A stretch of 64,000 nt of DNA, from assembly GCF_009914755.1 (NCBI RefSeq), contig NC_060944.1. One strand, given 5' to 3'. The notes under the pieces were generated by a model, which was given only the letters and a program-made list of their open reading frames with translations, was not told where the DNA came from and ran no database searches. Below, piece after piece: positions 12,262 to 23,698 of the stretch. The translations under genes were made by a program, and so were the position numbers. How positions within the stretch are numbered: position 1 is the first letter of the stretch; each line of letters starts with the position of its first letter. This DNA is from the human T2T-CHM13v2.0 reference genome, Homo sapiens.

Positions 12262-12978
12262 CTGGAAACCACAGGACACTTTGAAACTCCTTCAGGACAG
12301 AGGTAATTCACCTGCTGTGTTGCATATATCAGTATTTTGCTCTTTTACATTACTCTGTAGTATTCTATTATATAAATATATCCAATTTTCTGTTGACAGA
12401 TATTTGGGTTGTTCTCAGTTTTTTAGCTTTTATAAATTAGGCTTCTATGAACATTTATGTATAAATCTCTTTATGGACATATGTTTTAATTTCTTTTGAG
12501 CAAATGCCTGAGGGTGAAATTGCTTAGCTATGTTTAACTTTGTAGGCAACGGCCAATTGTTTTCCAGAGTTGTTGTTCACCGAAAATCTATGAGGGTTTT
12601 AGTTGTTCCACCTGCTTGCCAACACACACAGACCATAAGTCTTTAATTTTAGCCACTTAAGTAAGTTTATGTGTCATCTCATTGAGAGATGGTTAATTTA
12701 AAAAAACCTCCTATCCTCTTGTGGGTTTCCTTGCTGGTAATTCTAACAAGGGGACCAATCAGCTTAGAGTATAACGTAGAGATGTATAAAATCTTCCGGT
12801 ATGAAATTGACAGAGATCACTAGGTCATGTGCACAGCTGATTAACTATCGACCTGTGATCACACTGGGAACTTGAGGGCATCGCTTGTGCCCTCTTTTTT
12901 GGAAATTTAATCTGACTGAATATTTTCTCTTTGAATATTTAAATTTCTTTAAAGAAGTTAACAATTAAAGGAAGGCAT

Positions 12979-13886
12979 TGTGTTAGTTTCCTATGGCTGC
13001 TGTAACAAATTACCACGCACAAGTGGCTTAAAGCAACAGAAATTCCATTTTTAATTTAATCGTCTTTTTAAAAATTATTTATTTATTTTTTAAACTTTTA
13101 TCTTAGGTTTGGGGGTGCACATGCAGGTTTGTTACATAGGTAAACTTGTGTCATGGGGGTTTGTTGTATATATTAGTTCGTCACTCAGGTACTAAACCTA
13201 GTACCCATCAGTTATTTTTCCTGATCCTCTCCCTCCTCTCACCCTCCACCCTCAAGCAGGCCCCAGTGTCTATTGTTTCCCACTTTGCATCCATGTGTTC
13301 TCATCATTTAGCTCCCACTTATAAGTGAGAACATGTGATATTTGGTTTTCTGTTCCTGCATTAGTTTGCTAAGGATGGCTTCTAACTCCATTCATGCTCC
13401 TGCAAAGGACATGATTTTATTCTTTTTTATTACTGCATAGTATTCCATGATAAAACAACAGAAATGTATTCTGCTGCAATTCTGGAGGCCAGAAGTCCAA
13501 AATCAGCTTCTCGGGGTTAAAGTCAAGGTGTGTACAGGGCTGTGTTCACTCCAGAGGCTCTAAGAGAGAAGCCATTCTTTGCCTCTTCCAACTTCTGGTG
13601 GCTGCTGGCATTTCTTGGATTGTGGCTGCATCCCACCAAGATGTTCCTCTGTCTTCACATTGTTCCGTCTTCTGTGTGTAGTGTAAACTCACCTCTGCCT
13701 TTCTCTTATAAGAGCACTTGTACTCATATCTAGGTCCTACCTGGAAAATCCAGGATAATCTCTCTGTGCCCAAATCCTTAATTTAATCACATCCACAAAG
13801 ACTCTTTTTCCAAATAAGGTAAGATTTATGGGCTCCAACGGTTAGGACCTGATATCTTGGGAGTGGGGATTTTTCAGCCTTCTACA
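12979..13886 (-). mobile_element. MLT1B/C solo LTR, interrupted by L1PA
   Basis: tgtgttagtttcctatggctgctgtaacaaattaccac ... cagccttctaca; perfect 5-bp TSD GGCAT at 12974-12978 and 13887-13891. Confidence 0.9.
13044..13450 (-). mobile_element. Old L1PA 3' end (5'-truncated)
   Basis: catttagctcccacttataagtgagaacatg; TSD taaagcaacagaaat (13029-13043) / taaaacaacagaaat (13451-13465). Confidence 0.9.
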
Positions 13887-14099
13887 GGCATTCAGCCTTA
13901 AAGATAGTTGTGTCTGAAGTTGAAGTTCTTGTTTCCTTTTGAGGAAGGATGTTTGGAAGAATTTAAAACAATATATAAATGCACAAATTCCATGAACTAT
14001 TTCTGCAGGTTCCTATGATCTTCTGGAATCCATCCATAAATACCAGAAATAAAATGCCATGAGGAGGAGAAATAGAGCACAAACCCCAGGTCCACTAAA

Positions 14100-14554
14100 C
14101 AGTATTATTTGTTCATAATTCTGTCTTTCCTCTAGCCCTTATCATGGATTTCCTGTAGGTAGAATGTTCTTTCCCCCTGTTGAGTTTAGGTTTGGCCATA
14201 TGACTTGCATTGGTCAGAAGAATTTAAGCAGAAGTGATAGTATGCCAGTTAGCAGCTAGGGCCTGAAATGGTTTTGCAGGTTTCCATCAGTCCTCTTGGA
14301 GCTCTGGTCTCTACCATGAGTTACCAGATCTTGCTTCCAGTAGTCGTTGTTCCTTCTGCCTGGATCCTGGAAACAAGACTTATACCTGACCCAAAGTTGG
14401 AAGTCTAGTCTGGCGCCGAGAAGCCCAACTAACTCCTTCTGAAGCAAGCTTACCTGCAGATCCATGAGCATGAATTAAATGCCTGTTTTTATAAGCCACT
14501 GTGATTTTTGTTTTTTTGTCAGGTAGCATTAACACAGCAAAAGCTGACTGATAC
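14100..14554 (+). mobile_element. MaLR LTR (MLT1I/J-like)
   Basis: tttggccatatgacttgcattggtcag; 3' end ataagccactg...cagcaaaagctgactgataca. Confidence 0.75.
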
Positions 14555-17124
14555 ATCGTATATGAATCTCTGTCTATCAACTTTTCTATTCTGGCAAGCT
14601 GTATTGAGCAGTGCAGAAGGAAACCTCAGAGTGTTCATTACTTTCCTTTCCCTAAAATCCTAGACCACCAGTTAAGCAGTCAGCTCCTCATTTGTTTTTT
14701 CATATTGCTTTTAGAAAATTGGTCAAAAGGGTTTTCTACACTGAAGGCACTCTAGTCCTAAGGAAAATCCCAAATCATGATATTCTAAGTGGTTCTCAAC
14801 ATCTAATGGCTTATAACTCCAAAAAGGAAAATAAGCAAAACAAGCAGCTATTTTCTCTCACTTAAGAGTGAACCACAATTTCACAATATCACAAAGGAAG
14901 GGGAGGAAGTCCGCCATCTTTTTCCTGGAATCTGGGGAAACATTTGTCTTTCCTTGTTCTATTTTTCTGCTAGATGCTGATTTCAAGCCCCTTTCGAAAG
15001 GAGGTAGAGGGCAGGTAGGAAGAATTGAGGGCTCAAATCCTGGGTTGAACATTGGTAAGATAGGCAACTACCAAACTTCCCTCATGAATTCCATAATATT
15101 GACTGCACTTTAGTTTCATCCTTAGGCAAAATTTCATCGTGTGCAATGTAAATATTTGCAAAATCTGTGTTGGTTTGTGGTTAATTATGGTATAAACAAA
15201 ACAAAACCCACAAAAATCAAACAAACATAAAACCCCAGTATACCTCCTCTCCCAATTTCACCTGTTAATCACCATTATTTAATTAATACCAGTTTTCTGT
15301 AGGCACTCTTATCAAGTTATAGCCAAAGAGAAATGTTTATTACCACTAAAATTCCATTATGTGAGAATTTTTCTTTAAATATTTTTTGTTCAATATTAGA
15401 AAAGCAAAGATATTGGGAATTTACCATTGTCTCAAATGAATAATCTTCCCTGAGTCCAGTATTACGGTCTCACTACCCCATAAAATTAGCAAATCATGCT
15501 TGGGGAAAATATAAAGAACTGTTGATATAAAGGAAGCTCCAAAATTCAGTGGTGCTGGTAGCATTATAGATAGAAAATTGGTGATTTGGGAGGATGACAT
15601 GCCTTAGACATGACAGCTTGTATGTTCCCCTTTATGAGGTGGGTGGGGAAATAGGGTGTCTATTATGTCAAACTACCCTCACCTGCAACAGCGAAGGTCT
15701 GAACTTTGTTCAGCTGGATATATTTAATGCCATTAAAATGTAACAGATACGAAAGTGGTTCTGTCTCATCCATTTAAAGTTTCCAACATAAATTACTACT
15801 TTGCATGGTACACTTAAAGGCAGGTCTGTTTTGTGTCAATGCTAAATGAAAATGGAAAAATAAAGCCAGAGAAGAGGCTAAAGTTCACTGATGCAGTAAA
15901 AAGTGAAAAGGAAAGCAAAACGACGTTCCATTTTCTGAAAGGCTACCAGCCCTGCCTTTGATGTTGAGATTGTTCAATTACCACGGAACGTGAAAGATGT
16001 TCTGTAATCATTAAATTGTCATTTCCCCCCCATCCTGAATATTGTAGTGCATTTCCTGTCTTAGTGAAGCAAGATAAATTAGGTTCAGGCGTTTCCCTGG
16101 AAAGGGCACCTCTCATTCCATGTGATGCTGACCTTTTTTCCTTTCTAATGAATACTGTCTTAAAGTCCTTTTTACCAACTGATGTGTCCCTGTCTCAGAA
16201 TGGTATACCCATTTTTATGCCTTTGTTAGTTTTAATCCCTTCTAAGACATCATCTTTTCTTTAGTATTTAAGTATAGTTAGATGCTATTTCATGCTGCAT
16301 TTAAAGTGATGGAGACTCTTCGCAGCATATGCTTGTTTCGGATGAGAGGGAATAATCCTAAAACTTCAGTTATTTTAAAGCACCCGCTTTGTTGGACGTA
16401 CGATCTATAGACAGCAGAAAGAAAAGTGGACTTGGTAATGGTTATTGGTTGGCTCTCAGATTCTTCTTCTTGCCTATTAAACACATTATGCCAAGAACAA
16501 GTCCCAGGACTATTAGACTTGCTCCGAACATTCCTGTGCACACATGTTAAACACAGGCAAATGAGGCTCAGCGAGGTAGCCCAGTCTGGAGGAGCCAGTT
16601 CTGCAGTATGAGGTCCACATGCTAATTCTGTTCCATCTGGTTTCGTCCACCTCTCAAAGTGTATTTTACTTGATTACAAAACAGTCACGGTCAAAATTGT
16701 TTGTAGTTATTTCCCACCGAGGTGGTGAATGTCTTGACTGGCTGGATTTTCTGGCTAGATTTCTCCCTTCTCTGTGGATGGTCTCCTGCGCCCATATGCA
16801 CTTTTGAGTTCCACTCAAGAGCCAGAACTAGTCTTGTTCTTGGGGGTTCAGGACCGTGGAAGAAGTAGTGCTAATGCAACCATATTGCTCATCTCTAGAA
16901 AGTGAGCTTCTCTATTGTTTTTGAGACCCAGACTAAATCTTTGTTCCATTTTCCATGGGTTTCTCTCTCAGACCCACTTATACTTGAGTCCTTGCCTTAA
17001 AAAATGCTTAGAACCAGTGTTTAGTATGCCTGGCTGCTATTCCAGAGCCACAATCAGGGCCTGATTCTGCACTCTTGGGCTTCACAATTGCCCGAGAGTG
17101 CAGCTATTATTATTATTTGCAATA

Positions 17125-17639
<515 letters not shown>

Positions 17640-17699
17640 TAAGCCCATGATTTCATGGATATTATTGTTTGTGAGGCAAGGATAAAGGAGAAGAGGGAG

Positions 17700-17942
17700 T
17701 GAATTTAAGGTTGACACATGACTGTTTTTCTCTTGAAACTCCTGCTGTGGCAGACCCGCCCACAGCTTTCCTGGGGGCACCTCTTCTTTCTCCCCAGTTT
17801 TCAGTGGTTGATAATTTCTGAGTTTCCTCAATATCTTCTGTTGGCTTCTCCACCATCTGTTGACAAAAGCTCTGTAAGAAATTCCCTTATTGTAAATATG
17901 TAAAGTGATTTCTGTTTTCTTGCTTAGACTCTGCCTGACACA
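17700..17942 (+). mobile_element. Ancient ERVL-class LTR 3' portion
   Basis: aaattcccttattg...gtgatttctgttttcttgcttagactctgcctgacaca terminus. Confidence 0.45.
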
Positions 17943-17944
17943 AG

Positions 17945-18100
17945 TTGGTAGGTTGACCATATCTTTATGAAAGGGTAACAAAACTGACGTTTGATGAAGC
18001 TTAGCAACTTGCTCAGGATCTTACAACAAACAGGTGATGGAACTAGAATTAAAATCTAGTTCTTTTTGACTCAAGAGCCTATCTTCTTGATTCCTGCTCT
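17945..18100 (-). mobile_element. MIR fragment
   Basis: gcaacttgctcaggatc...gaactagaattaaaatctag...tgactcaagagcc. Confidence 0.6.
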
Positions 18101-18359
18101 TCTGCATACCTTAATTGACTTCACAGACTTGCCTGATGTTAGACGTTTGCATAAATGGCCAATATGACCTAAAATGTACCTCTCCCTGAACAATATTTCT
18201 TCACTGGCAAGCAGAGCTGCTCCCCAGGAACCTGGTCTCTGCTCAGCTTGCCCCAACTGGATCAACTAACCATTTCATCTGGCTGGTGCTTAGGCAATTG
18301 TTCAATTATTCAGAAGATTCTTACAATTTTAGATCTGGAGGGATCCTGCAATGATCTCG

Positions 18360-19310
18360 ACTGCATCTTGCAGAATACCAGCAGAAAAGAGATGGCAAAG
18401 TCAAATCGGGATAATTCAAGGAGCAGGTGGCAGATTGTATTTAGCAAAGACGGCCACACTATGCGTATATCAACATCCTATGCTCCCATTATAATGTGGT
18501 TTGCATTTCCCCATCAACAGGAAGGTTCTGTATTCTCTCCCATGAACCTCGGTGAATTAACTGCCTTGATGAATAGAATGCAGAAGTTAAGCTCCATCAA
18601 TTCAGAGGTGATGCCATAAAAGCCAGTGTGACATTCTCTCTCTCCCTCTCTCTCTCCCCCCCACCCCCCATCTCTCTCTTTTGGTGTATGTGATTGCTTT
18701 GGGGAAAGCCAGGCACCACACTCAAAAAACCCCACAGAGAAATCCCTATGGAGAGAAACTGAAGCCGCAATCAATAGCCAGCACCTACTTGCCCATGTGA
18801 GTGAGTGAACTGCCATGGAAGTGCATCCTACATCCAAATGACTGAAGCCCCAGCCAACATATACCTGCAACCACATGAGAGACCCTAAGCAAAAATTTCC
18901 TAGCCAAACATTTCCTAAATTCTTGATCATCAGGAACTGTGAGAACTAACACATAATTATTATTATAAGCCACTATATTTCAGGATGAATTGTTATGCTG
19001 TGATAGATAACTAAACAGATGATTTAATAAAAGGATTATATAAAGGGCTGACAATACCGACAAGGGGTGGTACAGTATCTTGGAGCTTCTAGTAACCAGG
19101 CTGCTATCACTCCTAGACCTTAGAAGCACAAGGCTGTGGAGACAGGTTCACCTGAGAGAAGCAGTGACCTCTGGTCAAGGGTTGCAGCCAGCCCAAGGTG
19201 GTCCCCCAGGTAAACAACTGGGAGAATAAATGCCTCAACCTCACTACCCTCTTCCTTCAGGTCTTTGGTTGAGGGGCTTCACCTTGGCCATTGGCCAGAT
19301 CCAACCATCA
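18360..19310 (-). mobile_element. LTR33-like ERVL LTR, interrupted by MLT1F/G
   Basis: ccagcagaaaagagatggca...tttaataaaagg...gggagaataaatgcctcaacctcact...ccattggccagatccaacc; related copy at 56988-57465. Confidence 0.6.
18426..19017 (+). mobile_element. MLT1F/G LTR
   Basis: gtggcagattgtatttagcaaagacggcc start; catgagagaccctaagc; gatagataactaaaca end. Confidence 0.8.
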
Positions 19311-19719
19311 GAGGATGATTAGACTTTATTAAGTAGAGACACTGGGAGAGTTGATAGGTTCAACAGGAAATACATGCAAGGAAGAAGCAGGCTTTCAACA
19401 AGATATGCCTTCTGGTAACTCTCATATTATCTCTAGCTTCAGTCTCACTAGACAACCCAGTGCTGTCATTCTGTAATCCTACCTGCACTGGCCAGCCAGG
19501 GCACTGCCAGCTGTCACATTCAACATCTCTTTTCTGTGAACTGTCAACAGAGAGAATTATATTAGTTAGAGAACTCTAATCCATTAAAAGATGCCAGAGA
19601 GGACTTTATTAGCCAAGATGTAAAACATCCAATGAACTAAAGGATGAATTTCAGTTTCTCCCTCTTCAGGTTCTATATTGACAAATCCTTCCTGTGACCT
19701 TTCATCCTTCTTCTCTAGC

Positions 19720-19960
19720 TACTTTTCTCGTTCACTCCTTCTTCTACCAATAATCTGTATTGGTCATCTCCATTTTCTCACCATACCCTCACTCTTTAAA
19801 TGCCTAATGAGCATGATGTTCCAGCAAGTCAAACTTCATGAATCACTGCACTTTTAATCCCCTGATGTATCTAAATCTATCCGAATTCCTCTCCATCTTC
19901 TTTTCACTCACTGTCTAGATAATAAATGAGAGCCATCAGTAAATTTACTAACTTGGTTCT
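19720..19960 (+). mobile_element. L2 fragment
   Basis: Pyrimidine-rich L2-like sequence (tctaaatctatccgaattcctctccatc). Confidence 0.35.
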
Positions 19961-21189
19961 ATGTTCTTTTAAAAACATGATTAGAACTTAGGGCTTTGAT
20001 TCTGAGTAAGTTGATATGAAATCTCATTAGGAGACATAATACTAAATAATGCATGGGGTTGGGCAAAATTTTGATCTCATAGAAACCCTCTTTCTCCTTA
20101 AATGACAATCACCATCTTTTATTCATTATTTAGTATCCCAAAGGAAATACAAAATTTAATCAATGACCAAATATCTCCCCTATTTTAAGTGTTAGCTTTT
20201 ACTCTCCTCAGAATACATCTTATTTAGAAAAAAATCTTATACATTATTAATCATGTTGGCCAAAAAGAAGCCTGTTTATATATTTGCAACAGATGCCATA
20301 GATGTTAATAGACATTCATCTGCATTTATGATACAAGAAGAAGGCTATGGCTCAAAGATATAGGTACATAGAAGTTTAACTACGGGTATGCCACTAGTCA
20401 GTGGCAGAGATGTAATGACTTTCTTGCCTCGCCAAGATTTCCAGTTCAATGTTATTTCACATTAGACTGTTTTTTTTGTCCTAAAAATTGTGTGGTTTTC
20501 TAGACCGATAAAACAAACAACTGTTTTGATAAACTTAAACATGCTTCAAAGAAAAATTGTTTTCCTGTAGAGGACACAGCGTTTGGCACACAGTAGGTAT
20601 TCACTAGTTATTTGGAGAATGAATCAAGTGACAGGAACCTTCCAGATAAATTCAATCAGTTCTGCTTCCTTTTTCTTCAAGTCTTCATTGTGCAATGTTA
20701 TCCTCAATTCAACCCTAAATCTATTTTCCCAGAAGCAGTGAGTGGTTTTCTACAAGTATGCTATTTCTGGGATCTTGTTTGGCTCCAGTATCTTTTTTTT
20801 TTTTTTAAGAGTCTTGACTTTCCAGATTTGAGGAGCAGCTGCTTTTTTGAATAATATACAGGACTACACATGCTTTTTCTGCCTGTTTCTTTCCTCTGAA
20901 CCCCGGAGGGATTGACATCAAGGATTGTGATTAATGGTATTTGAGTATTTCCCTTGCCCTTCTCCACACTTTTGTACTACGAGCATCTTTCTTTAGAAAC
21001 ATTCATCTCCATCTATGTCTTGGTTTCTCATGTGTTTTTCTTTGCAATGAGAACCTCCTTAGAAAGCTCCCCTTTCTACTCCTTTGCCCTATTTCCTGTT
21101 ATTTCATCATTGAATATGATTCCCTTCTCTTCTGCCCATTTCAATATATTGATCGTTATTTTACCCTCCTATGTAAGAAAATGAAATTT

Positions 21190-21380
21190 GTTGATAGTCC
21201 ACTATAAGCCAAGTAGTGCTGTAGGCTTTTCCATATATTATCTCTATTAATTCATGCAGTCTTCTGAGTTCAGCAACATTATTTCTGTTTTTCACAGGGG
21301 AAATTAGAGGTGCACTGTTGTCAAGTAATTGCCCAGATCTACACATTGTAGCAGGCTTATCCAATTCTTGATTTCCTCCC
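21190..21380 (-). mobile_element. MIR
   Basis: atttctgtttttcacaggggaaattagagg...gtcaagtaattgcccagat. Confidence 0.6.
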
Positions 21381-21639
21381 ACATCTATGTCTAGTGATAT
21401 TGAAGGCATGCAATGTTTTGTTTGCCACTTTGGAATTGACAGTACCATCACTGTTTTCATTCATCTAATTGGGAAGTAGGTCAGTTAGAAAGTGGAGCTA
21501 GAAATGCTGAAGGGAGAAGGAGAAATAGAAAAAAGAACAAAAGGTCAAATTTTTAATCATTCCTTTAACCTCAAGACAATTCTGCATAGAGTGTCTCTCA
21601 ACTTCCAGTGAGTAAGTTCAAAGACTTTACTACTCTCTT

Positions 21640-23005
21640 CTTTACCCAACCCACCCCTTCTCACTCCCAGTAGGTGACCTCACCTCATATTCTCCTACCA
21701 AAATAGAGTGATATTAGGCATCTTCCTGACTCTCAGCAAAAGATCAGTGTATATTTCCCCTTCTTTGGACAAATAAGGCTCTCTATTTATCTGGCCATAC
21801 GATCATTTCCTTTCCTTCCCAGTTAAACTACTTGCCAAAGAGCCTCAATTCCTTCTTCCTCATCTTGTGGGCACTTCTCACCACCCCCTATCCTAAGGTC
21901 TGACTTGGCTCTGCCTCTCCACTGCTGCTAAACTTATCATAATAACAGTTATCCCCAGCTTCTGTATGGCCCCTTTCATCTTTCTGTAGCACTTGACATT
22001 ATTTAACATTCCATCTTTGTAACTCTTTAATTTCTAGGTCTCCCTGGCATTTGCAACACCTGGTTCTTCTCTCAGATTTTAGTATGGGCTTATTATCTGC
22101 ACAAGACCCTTATTAGTTGAATCTCTCCAAAGTTCTGGTCTTCAACCTCTTTCCCTAGTAGAACTCACTGTCATGGTTCAACCACCACCTCAAAATAATA
22201 ACTGACCCCTCTTTTGTACTTTAGGTTTATATATGGTAATAATTATTTGACATTTCCTCTTGAACACTCAACACATCCCTCAATTCTCTGTCTTCCCCCA
22301 ACCCATTACAGACCTTTACTTCTTTTGGTAATCTCTTTTTCAGTTAATGGTATCACTGTTTATCCAGTTACAGAAACCAAACACCAAGGTGCTACTTGTA
22401 AATCTCTGTCCTTCTTATCGATTCCATCACATCTTGTCAAATCAGTCTCCTAGTCCTCACTAGTCTGTCTTCAAATACTACTTGAACCTGCCCCTTCTAC
22501 TCCATTTCACACCATTTCTCACCAGTAGCATAACAAAAGCCATCAAGCTTATCTTTCTGCCTCCATTTCCCCTTTCTGTTATATCTCTTCTTGCCAGAGT
22601 AAACTATATAAAAAGTAAAAAGTGGGCATGTCTCCTGCTTATCATTCTTCAGTGGCTTCACCTCATAGACATCTAAAATTGCAGATGCATAGCACACTCT
22701 AAAAGGGTGCCCCTGGCCTGGCCCTGACCACCTTTCCAGCAGCATTGACCATATGCTCTCCAAAGCCTCCTCGCTCCTTCCTTTCTCACCCTTGAAGCTC
22801 TTGTGCTAACTCTTCCTTTGGTGGAAATGACCTTTTTTCGTTTTCTTTTTTCTCTCCTTTCACCTGCCCAAGTCATCTCTATTTTTGAAGAGTCAACTCA
22901 GGAGTAATTTCCTCCATGAAGTTCCTCCCAAATCCCCAATCAAGGCTGGGAGTGTCTATCAGTATACCTGGCCCTAAGGAGGAGCTCAATAAATGTGTGC
23001 TGAAC
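21640..23005 (+). mobile_element. L2 LINE, long degraded piece to the 3' end
   Basis: gcacttgacatt, catggttcaaccaccacc, ctggcctggccctgaccacc, terminal gagctcaataaatgtgtgctgaa. Confidence 0.8.
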
Positions 23006-23060
23006 TCTTCTCAAGCTTCTGACCGCACCACACCTCTTTATTCTTACTTTAATCTCCTAA

Positions 23061-23698
23061 TGATACAGGACATAGAAAGAAATTATTTAGGAAGATAGTG
23101 AGGGTAAGAGAGTTCTTGGTAAGGTTTCCCTTTTAACAAAAAGCAGCCCCAAATTATTTCTTTTCTAACAAAGAGCTGCCTGTAAAATCGAGCTACAGAA
23201 ATAGATAAGCAAGCTGGAAGCTTGCACAGGTGAATGCCAGCAGCTGTGCCAATAACTACCTGAGAGCTAGGCACATTCAACATAGAGGCTCCATTTTCCC
23301 TTTTCTTTGTCAACCACGTGTACAGTAAAGGAACAGGCAATGTGGTGCCGGCCAGGTAGAGAACCCATCTGCATTATAAAATATTAGGGTGGGGCTGCCA
23401 GCTTCTTCAGGCACTATGCAAACGGCACACCTGGTCCAACCAATCTTTGGGCCTTATGTAAATCAGACACTGCCTCTTCAAGCTCATCTATAAAACCCCA
23501 TGCATTTCACCACAAAATCAGAAGATCCACTCGGGAGCCCCTCTTTCTCTGCAAGAGAGAGAGCTATTCTCTTTTTCTCTTTCTTTTGCCTATTAAATCC
23601 CTGCTCTTAAAGTCACTTCTTGTGTGCCCGCATCCTCCATTTCCCTGGCATGGGACAACAAACCTCAGGTATTTATCCCAAACAACGATGCCGGTATA
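23061..23698 (+). mobile_element. ERV1 solo LTR, LTR9 family (HUERS-P3 type)
   Basis: tgatacagga..agaaagaaattatttagg start; aagcaagctggaagcttgcac; TATA 23489; ATTAAA 23592; 4-bp TSD CTAA at 23057-23060 and 23699-23702. Confidence 0.85.

Larger units (their letters stand above)
11610..12690 (-). mobile_element. L1ME-type LINE 3' end, interrupted twice
   Basis: aagtataatttatatacaataaaat terminus; cttcatacaaatggaatcaaacagtat; gacagatatttgggttgttctcagt. Confidence 0.8.
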
